Below the pieces are notes generated by a model. That model searched no databases. It was not told where the DNA came from and worked only from the letters and a program-made list of their open reading frames with translations. From assembly GCF_030684315.1 (NCBI RefSeq), contig NC_081355.1, forward strand, positions 80,438,924 through 80,502,923: 64,000 nt of DNA. The letters run 5' to 3'. The DNA comes from Stegostoma tigrinum (Eukaryota). Each line of letters opens with the position of its first letter. The first letter of the stretch is position 1. The position numbers and the translations under genes were made by a program. Positions 1 to 11,009 of this stretch are shown here, in pieces.

Positions 1-1689
1 CTTCTGCTGGAGACCAGCCTATGGACAATTTATGAATAATTTCCTTTCTTGTCTTGTTACTCAGCCAAGTTTTAAATTTCATATGCTGCAGAGATTAACT
101 GACTTATTTTTCACTTTTAGCGCGATTGTGTATGCATGTTTTTGCATTAATGCTACTTGGATATGTTGTATAATTTAAAACTTTGTTAATATTTTCAGCA
201 TCAGTTTTAGCGAGTTTCAGAAATAATGTTGACAATTTACTGGTCAACCTAAGGAACCTCGCCAGCTGATTTTGTATACCAAGTTATACACAGTGAAGAG
301 TCTTCTAAAAAAAATAAATTGGCATTATTACCACTCTTTTAAATTCTAGTTCTACTGGAATCAACTTAGTGATGGAGTGAAAACAGGAATCAATTCACCC
401 TTCCTGAGTTAGTCAGAACAGCGATCAAAAAAATTCCCAAAACTCTTCAAAATGGCATAATCAGAAACAGGGAAGAAAGGATAAGAGATGGTGAATGAAA
501 GTCAAGGTGTTGCATGGCACAGAGAAAAGTAGCAGGTGTGCCAAAAATAGCTGATTTACCAATGTCCACTTTGAAGAAACCATTACCTGTCGGGTTTAAC
601 TGCTTCTACTTCTCTTCAGCTGTCATGTTACTTGGGGTCTTGCAAACATGGCCAGCCAGTGTCGCATATTTTCCTGCACAAAGGTTACATTAACACATAA
701 AGGACAGCTATAAACCACCCATCCCCGGATAACATTAGTTCCACTGAATGGTCGCATCTAAATTCTTAACCCGTCTCTTTCAGACGCTGTTCAATATTTG
801 GACTGGAGCATGAATGTTGGTTAAACACTTAATATTGGTGGAGAGGATAAGAATATTAGCCTTCTTTCAGTGCTGGACATTCTTTCAGCCAGCTGACACT
901 GCTTCAATATAGTTGGCAGCCTGGGAGCAGATTGGATTGGCCCAATATCCTGGTCTCCTTAGCTGATCTTGGGGGAGTCAGAAGCTCATCTGGGCACTAC
1001 CCATCTCGCAGGAGCTGCAGGGCCATGCCTGCAAAGTGGGGTGAGGACTTCTCCCTACTGTCATTTCTGGGGGAAAAAAAATCAGAAACCATGCAGGTCA
1101 ACTCAGGACTGACAGTGGATATCTGGGTGACAGCAGGCTTTTCCTGATGGTGATGGGGATGCCAGTAAATTATAGGATTTCCAGTGAATTGCTCTGAGAA
1201 CTGCTGGTGGTAAGATGGGGTTGAATTACTGTGTGATTTTCACCATGCGGGCTCTAATGATAATGAAAGCTGGGAATTTGGTAAGACATGGCAAGAAAGC
1301 CCATTTGGTCTCATAGTGGGAATCAGTCCACCAAATTCCACATGACTTACACTTACCCAAAGAAAGATGCTTTACGCATTTTGAAATTGTTGCTTAAAAT
1401 TTATCTCTTTTGTAAAAAAAACTTGACACTTCCTTCTATGGTCTAGCTGAAAGTGGATTGAAGAGAGAGGAAAGCGCAAAGTTAAGTTAGAATCGCTGTT
1501 TCTATGGCAGAATAGCCAAGATAGTCTTTCCTTTGAAGTCCTGACATTCATTTTGACTTTGAAAATCCCATTGGAAATCCATGATGGACACCAAACATCC
1601 TGCTGCCCAATAAAATGAGCTGGGGTTGGGATGAATTAGAAAGGTAGGGTCATAAAATGTGGTTTGTAGTTTGTGCAGAACTTGTTAAG

Positions 1690-2760
1690 AGATGGAATTC
1701 TGTACAAGGAAATCTGAAGTGATCCATTTTGAAAGGAAGAGTATTACTACAGGAGGTACAATAACCGTAAGACTAAGATTTTATTTGCTCAGATCATTGG
1801 AAGTTTAAGTTGAGAAATTCATTTGAAAGGTATCTTAAAACCCTGTGCCTTATAAGTCACTGCAGATAGCCCAAAAGCAAGGAAGTTCCAGTGAACCTTA
1901 TATTGATTGTCTGTTAAATAATGTTTAATCTATTTTGATTTCAGTTCATTTGTTATAGTGAAAGTCTTAAATACTTGAATTTCTGTTGATTACTGGGAAT
2001 TTCAATTATTTTAAAAGGTTTTCAGTATCTGTGGGAGCATGGCACTTCACTGAAATACTGTATCCAATTTTGACTGCCAGTCTTTAAGAAGAATGTGTGA
2101 AGGTTTCAAGAAGGACACAGAAAGAAATAATGAAAACAATTCCAGAGATGATGAACTTCAATTTGTCAGGAGAGATTGGAGAAGCTGGGATTGTTTCTTA
2201 TTACAAAACTGAAGGTTGGGAGGAAATTTGTTGGAAGTAATTCAATCATAAGTGGTCTAGACAGATAGGCAGAAACTGTTCCCATTGACAGGAATGTCAG
2301 GAACTGAAGAACACAGATTTAAGATTGGCTAAAGAACCTAAGGTGATACATGAATTTTAAAACTTGTATTTATATAGTATATCTCACGTCCACCAGATAT
2401 CTCAAAGTGCTTTACAACTAATGGATTATTTTGAAATGAAATCATTGTTGGAATGTGGGAATTGTCGTAGCTAATTTGCACATTGCAGGCTCCCACAATA
2501 GCAATCTCATCTTGTTTATAAGGAAAAGACATTTTCTCATAGAGAGCAGTTAGGATTCTGAATGCACTGTCTAGAATATGGTGGAATCAGGTTCACAAGG
2601 GGCTTTCAAGAGGAAATTGGATTATTATTTGAAAAGGAAACAACGTGCACAATTAGGGAGAGAAAGCAGGCAAGGGGCACAAGGTCAATCTCTTTTGGAG
2701 AGCTAACACAGCTATAGTCAGCTGAATGGTCTCTTTCGGTGTTGTATCATTCTCTGTTTC
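1690..2760 (+). mobile_element. Degenerate 3' portion of a CR1-type LINE (post-RT ORF2 and 3' UTR), interrupted by a SINE fragment
   Basis: Decayed CR1 motifs: gaagtgatccattttg (EVxHF), ggagagattggagaagctgggattgtt (ERLEKLGL), and a 3' tail tgtatcattctctgtttctg. Many stops and indels. Confidence 0.7.
2360..2505 (-). mobile_element. Old DeuSINE-like (SacSINE1/AmnSINE1-type) 3' fragment
   Basis: The reverse complement contains gtgcaaattagct...aaagcactttgag...ctatataaatacaagt. It resembles the tail at 36360-36455 and my recollection of Deu-domain SINE tails. Confidence 0.45.
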
Positions 2761-3439
2761 TGAGAAAGGGAGTGATAAAAAGTGATGATAAGCCCCGGAT
2801 ACATAATTCAACAATCCTGTATCCCTAGTCCTCCACTTCATCCCTGTTGTCCCATAAATATCCACCTCACTACCTCTGATTAATAACAATGTTTGAAGAA
2901 AGGACATATCTGAGAAAGGCAAGATTTTGATTGTGTGTGCCTCCTTTCATAAAATGGATCCATATCCAGGAGGCTTGAATTTGAGTTCAAAATTCAATGT
3001 TTGTGGTTAGCTCACTGGTCAGACCGAAATGAGCAGCAAAGGACCAAGTCTGGGCTATTGCACTGGCACAGCCCCCCTTAACTGATTATGTTTCACTGCT
3101 TGGGAGTAACATCCTAATTTTGACTTTTCAGGCCAGTAGTGAATTTTAGTAAATATTGGCCCAAACCTTTGAGCTTGATACTCTTTAAGTCTTCAATTTA
3201 TTCTGCCAATATCACAGAGTTAGAGAAGATCATATACTCTCAACATTCCAAGCAAGAGCTATATTGCTGGTGATGCAGCTAAGGCTCCTGTCACAGGAAG
3301 GAGGCCAGAATGAGCAAGCTGAGAATTTGGTTTGTACCAACAGATACAGTAGGACTTGTGACACTGGCCAAGGAGCAGATAAGGAAAGAAATGTTCTGGG
3401 CTCTACCAGGATATCAAGGTTACTTATTTTTAATAACTT

Positions 3440-3720
3440 GTGAGATGTTCAGAGTTGTGAGTTGGCCAGCATTTATTGCCCATCTCGTTACCCTTGAGAA
3501 GGTGGTGATGAGTTGCCTTCTTGAATTGCTGCAGTCTATGTGCGATAAGTTGACTCACAATGTCATTCGGGAGGGAGTTTCAGAATTTTGACCCCATGAT
3601 AGTGAAGGAACAGCAATATATTTTCAAATTAGGATAGTGAGGGACTTGGTAGGGAACGTGCAGATGGTGATGTTCCCATATCGCTGAAGTCCTTCTAGAT
3701 CACAGCGATAATGGACATGA
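3440..3720 (-). mobile_element. 3' end of LINE family B
   Basis: ggccagcatttattgcccatctcgttacccttgagaaggtggtgatgagttgccttcttgaa aligns with 39370-39435, the better-preserved copy. Confidence 0.75.
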
Positions 3721-4929
3721 AAGGTGAGAGGTGAGTATGGAGGTGAGTTACTTACTACAGGATTCCTGACATTCCTAGCAGTTAGGCCTAAGTCTAGTAT
3801 TTGCATAATTCTGATCACCTTCATCTCCATATCTGACACTGGCGCATACTTGTAATTGTGGCAAACATATCAACCACAGCAAACAGCATTACTGACCTGC
3901 TTCACTCTCCTGCAGAAGAGGTCACAAATCATTGCTACATTTTACCCTATATTAGTTCAGCTACCTAATGTTTCCTAACATTGGTTATTTCTTATTAAAG
4001 CTTAATCTTTAAAAAAACAGTTCCAAATGCAAACAGAGTTTAACATTGCCATAAAACACTGCTCATGATTAAAATATATTTCGCAGTGTCCAGTGTTATG
4101 GAGTTCCTGTAATATTGTGTTGATATCACAAAATATATATTTATTGTTATGCACAATAATTTGCGTTAATCAATTGCCCTTCAGGATCGAAGACTGATAG
4201 ATGATTGCTAAAGATCAAGGAGAATTGAATCATGCAGTCTTAGGAATTTTAGTCACTTCCACACAAAATTCTTTTCAGCATTATAATTTCTTTACACTTG
4301 GAGTGCATATTCATGAGGACACACATATACAAACAAAAATCAGGCATTTACGTACAAACTTAAGAACTCACAACCAAATTTTAGAAATTATTGTATGTTT
4401 CAGAGATTTAAACAATGAGATTAAGGTAAGGATGTTCTCTGCCTTTCTTCTTAAAGCTTAAGTTGATTTGGATAAAGTTCAATTTTCTGAAAATTTGGCA
4501 AAAGTGATCCAGGCATCTTGCTATTTCACACAGAAGTTTCAATGCAAATAATAAAGGTTTATACATAGTAAATTTGGACAAATTACAGTCAGGAGGTATC
4601 TATTTTACCGTAGTGTAATAGAATCATAGAGTGAATCATCAGAACATTGAAGAACACAGTGCACAAGAGTTCAAATAGAGAATGTGTTTGAAAACAAAGG
4701 GGCTGGAAAATATGGCTGGATAGAGGTTCTTTGGTGTGCTTGCATTTGTAGGAAAGAAAAAAGCTTGCTAGTTGTCCTCACCTATTTCTGTTCCTAATAA
4801 TTCTTATGTCCCTCATGGATGATGAAGGGTATGAACTCACTTTAATCTCTATATACCCTGGGAGTAATTGGATAATGACCTGGTATGAAAAGGTTAGCTG
4901 ATTTTGTGTTTTCTCTATCACAATGGGAA

Positions 4930-5215
4930 AATATCTCAAAGCCTTTCTTTGACCTCTTCATCAGCCACTAATTTATTTTTTCTAGTTTATGCAGAGGTTA
5001 AAATCATCCTTGATTGATACTCTTCCTTTGTTGCACACATCCAAACATTCTTCTCGTATATTTTGTTCTACATTAGGGTACCTGAGCATCACTCCCACTA
5101 GTGACTTCTTTCCCCTAGTATTTCTCATCTCCACCCAAACTAATTCTATATCCTGATTACCTGAATCAAGGTCATTTCTAACTATTGCCCTCATATTATC
5201 TTTGATTAAAATGGT
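4930..5215 (-). mobile_element. Old CR1 ORF2 endonuclease fragment, the outer host of the nest; it resumes at ~10615-10990
   Basis: ORF 4982-5194 reads ...IELVWVEMRNTRGKKSLVGV...DDFN (APE, GDFN-like). At ~10660-10690 the minus strand reads ITEIWLHD, the GITETW-type motif that precedes it in APE. Confidence 0.7.
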
Positions 5216-5313
5216 AACGATAAGACCATAAGATCATAAGACATAGGAGTGGAAGTAAGGCTATTCAGCCCATCAAGACCACTCCGCCAATTAAATCATG
5301 GCTGATGGGCATT

Positions 5314-8275
5314 TCAACACCACTTCCCTGCACTCTCCCCGTAGCCCTTGATTCCTTTTGAGATCAAAAATTTGTCGATCTCTGCCTTGAAGGCATCCAA
5401 CGTCCCAGCCTCCACTGCACTCTGCGGCAATGAATTCCACAAGCCCACCACTCTCTGGCTGAAGAAATGTCGTCTCATTTCAGTTTTAAATTTACCCCCT
5501 CTAATTTTAAGGCTGTGCCCACGGGTCCTAGTCTCCCCGCCTAAAGGAAACAACTTCCTAGCGTCCACCCCTTCTAAACCATACATTATCTTGTAAGTTT
5601 CTAGTAGATCTCCCCTCAACCTTCTAAACTCTAATAAGTGCAATCCCAGGATCCTCAGCCATTCATCATATGTTAAACCTACCATTCCAGGGATCATCCG
5701 TGTGAATCTCCACTGGAAAGGCTCCAGGGCTAGTATGTCCTTCCTGAGGTGTGGGGTCCAAAATTGGACACAGTATTCTAAATGGGGCCTAACTAGAGCC
5801 TTATAAAGCCTCAGAAGCACATCACTGCTTTTATATTCCAACCCTCTTGAGATAAACGACAACATTACATTCGCTTTCTTAATTACGGACTCTACCTGCA
5901 AGTTAACCTTTAGAGAATCCTGGATCAACGCTCCCAGATCCCTTTGTACTTCTGCTTTGCAAATTTTCTCACCATTTAGAAAATAGTCCATGCCTGTATT
6001 CTTTTTTCCAAAGTGCAAAACCTCACATTTACTCACATTGAATATCGTCAGCCATTTCCTGGACCACTCTCCTAAATTGTCTAAATCTTTCTGCAGCTTC
6101 TCCACCTCCTCAGTACTACCTGCCTGTCCACCTATCTTCGTATCATCGGCAAACTTCGCCAGAATGCCGCCAGTCCCTTCATCCAGATCATTAATATACA
6201 AGGTGAACCGCTGTGGCCCCAACACTGAACCCTGCGGGACACCACTCATCACCGGTTGCCATTCCGAAAAAGAGCCTTTTATCCCAACTCTCTGCCTTCT
6301 GTCAGACAGCCAATCCTCAATCCAAGCCAGTAGCTCACCTCGAACACCATGGGCCCTCACCTTGCTCAGCAGCCCCCCGTGAGGCACTGTATCAAAGGCC
6401 TTTTGGAAGTCTAGATAGATAATATCTACTGGGTTTCACTAGTCTAACATACTTATTACCTCTTCAAAGAATTCTAGCAGGTTTGTCAGGCATGACCTCC
6501 CCTTACTAAAACCATGCTGACTTGTTTTAATCTGACCCTGCACTTCCAGGAATTTTTGACAATGGATTCTAGAATTTTACCAACTACCGAGGTTAGGCTA
6601 ATCGGCCTATAATTTTCCATCTTTTGCCTTGATCCTTTCTTAAACAACAGCAATTTTCCAATCATCAGGGACTTTCCCTGACTCCAGTGACTTTTGAAAG
6701 ATCACGACCAAAGCCTCCGCTATTTCCTCAGCCACCTCCCTCAGAACTCTAGGGTGTAGCCTGTCGGGGCCAGGAGATTTATCAATTTTTAGACCTTTTA
6801 GCTTTTCTAGCACTTTCTCTTTTGTAATGCCTACCATACTCAACTCTGCCCCCCTGGTTCTCCCTAATTGTTAGCATACTACTCATGTCTTCCACTGTGA
6901 AGACTGACGCAAAGTACTTATTAAGTTCTTCAGCTATTTCCTTATCTCCCATCACTAGCCTTCCAGCGTCAATTTGGAGCGGCCCAATGTCTACTTTTAC
7001 CTCTCGTTTGTTTCTTATGTATTGAAAGAAGCTTTTACTATCATTTCTGATATGACTAGCTAGCCTACCTTCATATTTGATCTTCTCCTTCCCTATTGCT
7101 CTCTTTGTCATGCTCTATTTGTTTTTGTAGCCTTCCCAATCTTCTGATTTCCTCCTGCTCTTGGCCACTTTATATAATGCCTCTTTTTCTTTGATATATT
7201 TCCTGACTTCCTTTGTCAGCCATGGCTGTCTAATCCCACCCCAGATAATCTTTCTTTTCTTTGGGATGAACCTCTGTACTGTATCCTGAATTACACCCAG
7301 AAACTTCTGCCGTTGTTGGTCTACTGTCTTCCCCGCTCGGCTCTGCTTGCAATCGATTTTCGTCAATTCCTCTCTCGTGCCCCTGTAATTACCTTTATTT
7401 AACTGTCATACCATTACATCCGATTTTGCCTTCTCTCTTTCAAACTGCAGATTGAACTCTACCATATTAAGATCGCTGCCTCCTAAGTGTTCCCTTACTT
7501 TAAGGTCTTTTATAAAGTCCGGCTCATTACATAGCACTAAGTCCAGAATAGCCTTCTCCCTTGTGTGCTCCATCACAAGCTGTTCCAAAAAGCCATCCTG
7601 CAAATATTCCATGAATTCCCTTCCTTTGGATCCACCAACAACATTATTCATCCAATCCACCTGCATATTGAAGTCCCCCATGATCACTGTGACCTTGCCT
7701 TTCTGACATGCCCTATCTATTTCTCAGTGCATCTTGTGCCCCTGGTCCTGATCATTGTTAGGAGGTCTGTACATAACTCCCATTATAGTTTTTTTGCCTT
7801 TGTGGTTCCTCAATTCCACCTACACAGACTCCACATCTTCTGACTCTATGTCATATAGTGCCGTAGATTTAATTCCATTCTTAACTAACAAGGCAACCCC
7901 ACCCCCTCTGCCCACCTCCCTGTCTTTTTGATATGTTGTGAATCCTTGGATGTTTAACTGCCAGTCCTGAACTCCCTGCAACCGTGTCTCTGTGATGCCT
8001 AACGCATCATAATCATTCAAGAGGATTTGTGCTGTTAATTCATCTACTTTGTTGCGAATACTACGAGCATTTGGATAAAGTGTCTTAATGCTAGCTTTCT
8101 TATTATTATTAGAGAGTTTGGAAATCCCAAGATGTCTTAAGTTATCCTTCCTTTTTGCTGTATTTCTAGTCTGCCTCGAGCTTAAATCCACCTGTACACA
8201 TGCTATCCTGTTGCTTATCTTTCCATTTAACTCCATACTCCCTGTCTCTTTCACTTTCCCTTTACCCCGACTCAC
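5314..8275 (-). pseudogene. CR1 ORF2 (APE endonuclease plus reverse transcriptase), frameshifted into several pieces
   Basis: APE motifs: NARSIRNKVDEL, GITET, MGDFN, ILDLVL, GGSDL. Linker: KSPGPDRLHPRVLRE, VPDDWKIA. RT: GVPQGSVLGP, KFADDTKI, KCEVLHFG, LVRPHLEYCVQFW, TRGHSLK. Confidence 0.95.
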
Positions 8276-9009
8276 TAGTTTAAAGTCCTACTGACCACCC
8301 TATTTATCCTTTTCGCTAGAACTCTGGTTCCAGATCGGTTCAGGTGGAGACTGTCCCAACGGTACAGATCCCCCCGGTTCCAAAACTGATGCCAATGCCC
8401 CATGAAATGGAATCCCTCTTTCCCACACCAATCCCTTAGCCACGTGTTTACTTCCCTAACTTTCTTTTCCCTATGCCAATTGGCACGTGGCTCGGGCAGT
8501 AATCCGGAGATTATGACCCTTGAGGACCTGTACTTCAATTTCTTTCCTAGTGCTTCATAATCCCTGAACAGGTCCTCTACCCTAGCTTTGCCTATGTTGT
8601 TAATCCCAACATGGACCACAACAGCTGGATCCTCCCCCTCCCGCTCCAATATCCTTTCAACCTGGTCGGAGATGTCCTGCACCCTGGCACCGGGCAGGCA
8701 ACACGCCATGCGGGACGCCCGATCCAGCTTGCATAGGATACTATCTGTTCCTCTAATTATAGAATTCCCTATAACCACCCAGGTGGATAATGTTGTTAAG
8801 AAAGCATATGGTGTTTTGGCTTTCATTAACAGGGGGATCGCGTTTAAGAACCGTGAGGTTATGCTGCAGCTTTACAAAACCCTGGTGAGACCACACTTGG
8901 AATATTGTCAGAGATAATGGGAACTGCAGATGCTGGAGATTCCAAGATAATAAAATGTGAGGCTGGATGAACACAGCAGGCCAAGCAGCATCTCAGGAGC
9001 ACAAAAGCT

Positions 9010-9037
9010 GACGTTTCGGGCCTAGACCCTTCATCAG
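9010..9037 (-). ncRNA. Minimal hammerhead ribozyme core (PLE type)
   Basis: Reverse complement reads CUGAUGA-A-GGGU(CUAG)GCCC-GAAA-CGUC. Confidence 0.75.
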
Positions 9038-9043
9038 AGAGCT

Positions 9044-9071
9044 CTGATGAAGGGTCTAGGCCCGAAACGTC
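9044..9071 (+). ncRNA. Minimal hammerhead ribozyme core (PLE type); predicted cleavage after GUC at 9071
   Basis: ctgatga a gggtctaggccc gaaa cgtc. A stem I is possible between GAGAGCU (9037-9043) and AGCUUUU (9072-9078). Confidence 0.78.
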
Positions 9072-11009
9072 AGCTTTTGTGCTCCTGAGATGCTGCTTGG
9101 CCTGCTGTGTTCATCCAGCCTCACATTTTATTAACTTGGAATATTGTGTCCAGTTCTGGTCGCCCTATTATAGAAAAGATGTGGAGGCTTTGGAGAGGGT
9201 GCAAAGGAGGTTTACCAGGATGCTGCCTGGACTGGAGGGCTTGTCTTACGAGGGAGAGGTTGACTGAGCTCGGACTTTTCTCTCTGGAGAGAAGGAGGAA
9301 GAGAGGTGACCTGATCAAGGTGTATAAGGTAATGGGAGGCATGGATAGAGTCGATAGCCAGAGACTTTTCCCCAGGGCAGGATTAACTGCCACGAGGTGG
9401 TCATAGTTTTAAGGTGTTAGGAGGAAGATATAGAGGGGACGTCAGAGGGAGGCTCTTCACCTAGAGAGTTGTAAGCGCATGGAATAGTTTGCCAGTGGTA
9501 GTCGTGGAAGCGGAGTCATTAGTGACATTTAAGCGACTGCTGGACATGCACATGGACAGCAGTGAATTGAGGGGAATGTAGGTTCGGTTATTTTATTTTT
9601 GGATTAGGAATATTCCACGGCACAACGTCATGGGCCAAAGGGCTTGTACTGTGCTATACTTTTCTATGTTCTATGTTCTGTGTTCTATAAGAACTACCTG
9701 TCTTTTTGGTCCCCCCTCTTGAATGACCTTCTGTGCCACGGTGCCATGGTCAGCTGGCTCAACCTGTCCGCAGTCCTTTTCCTCATCCGTACAGGGAGCA
9801 AGAATCTCATACCTGTTGGTCAAGGTCAAGGGCTGAGGCCCCTGCAATCCTGAACTCGGAATCCCCCTTCCTGCCTCACTTAGAGTCACACCTTGTCCCT
9901 GAACACTTTCTGAATTTGAGTTATTTAATCTACCGGGTGTGACTGCCTCCTGAAACAACGTGTCCAGGTAACTCTCCCCCTCCCGGATGTGCCGCAGGGT
10001 TTGAAGCTCAGATTCCAGATCATTTACTCTGATCCGGAGTTCTTCCCGCAACTAACACTTGCTGCAGATGTGGTCGCTGCCGTTCACAATGGGATCAGCC
10101 AGCTCCCACATCATACAGCTACAGCACATCACCTGTCCAGCCATTACTACTTATTTAGTTAACTTTTACAGCTTATGTATTAAATGCTTTCTAGTACTTC
10201 TCTGCTACATTCTTTTTCAATTAAGCAATTAAACTTTTAAACAATTACACAATACACAAGGATATACATCGAAAAGCCTTACACCTAACAACACACGAGA
10301 GTCCTTCTCGGTTAGAGCTCCCGCTCTTTCTGCTGCTGGAACAGGAATGGAGGGCTCCACCGGTCAAGGTAGGTATTTGCTAATCTTTAAAGCAGAGACT
10401 CACCCACCTGTAGGCCTCTGATCGACGCTCCCGCTCTTCCTGCTGCGAGTCTGTGGACTTTTAATTAGGTTAGAGGAGGAGGGAGGGAGGGAGGCCCTGC
10501 TGCGTAGGACTTGGGGCTTCGAGGTAAGTGTTTAAATAACGGTCGCTTCCCTTTCCAACTGCCTCTCGGCTCTGACTTCACTTCCACCGGGGTCCACTTG
10601 GCCTCGCCTTCTTGAATGTCATATACCCCACTATATTCAGAACTAATGCTTGTCATCATGCAGCCATATCTCTGTAATGACTGCCTAATCATTACAGATT
10701 TACTTAAATGGAAGTTAGTAATTAACTTATTTTGTTATTAATGTTCCATGTATTCAGAAACAGGGCCTTTAGTTTGTTTTGTTTTCTTTGTTATCTTGAC
10801 TCTCAGTGTTTTTAAAGTGTTTTTTCTGACCTTCTTTTCCCTGAATACTATTTTGTTCTCCTGCCTCACCTGATCCCTTAATTTGACAAATTTTCCAGAG
10901 CTTGATCTCTCAACAGCATCATTTAGTTTAAAGCTCTCTCTAATTAATTTGTAATGCAGTTTGCTAGAACTCTGGTCCCTGCTGAGTTCACGAAGACGAT
11001 GGAAGGCAA

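Larger units (their letters stand above)
8909..9133. mobile_element. PLE family A foldback mini-element (inverted pseudo-LTRs)
   Basis: Perfect 92-bp inverted arms at 8948-9039 and 9042-9133. 14-bp TSD acttggaatattgt at 8895-8908 and 9134-9147. Confidence 0.9.
8775..9684 (+). mobile_element. 5'-truncated CR1 of another subfamily, inserted antisense into ORF1
   Basis: Reads QVDNVVKKAYGVLAFI...LVRPHLEYC|VQFWSPYYRKDVEALERVQRRFTRM and ends in an (ATGTTCT)n tail. ctataa occurs at both 8769-8774 and 9685-9690 (TSD). Confidence 0.92.
8275..10144 (-). pseudogene. CR1 ORF1: N-terminal Cys zinc finger, leucine-zipper coiled coil and SGNH/GDSL esterase; split by an insertion and containing one premature stop
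   Basis: ATG at 10144 gives MAGQVMCCSCMMWE...HICSKC*LREELRIRVNDLESELQTL. Removing the insert gives QVVLIGNSIIRG...CLPGARVQD...HVGINN...NTWLRDWC...DSLHLN (SGNH blocks I, II, III and V). Confidence 0.9.
5220..10615 (-). mobile_element. Near-full-length CR1 (HER1-like) LINE with 5' UTR, ORF1, ORF2 and a microsatellite 3' tail; interrupted at 8775-9684
   Basis: (TCTTATGR)n-type tail at ~5220-5245. ORF1 and ORF2 are collinear (see below). The GC-richer 5' UTR has a duplicated ctcccgctctt(t/c)ctgctgc at ~10318 and ~10428. Confidence 0.93.

Noticed and set aside
5314-6387. 357-aa ORF as a functional or domesticated RT gene
   Set aside because: It is only the C-terminal part of a frameshifted CR1 ORF2 and lacks the N-terminal RT motifs in frame.
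8909-9133. Reading the palindromes as DNA-transposon MITEs, terminators or pre-miRNAs
   Set aside because: The ends are asymmetric, TSD length varies, centres differ between copies, and the same sequence is attached to a PLE endonuclease C-terminus at 23806-24260.
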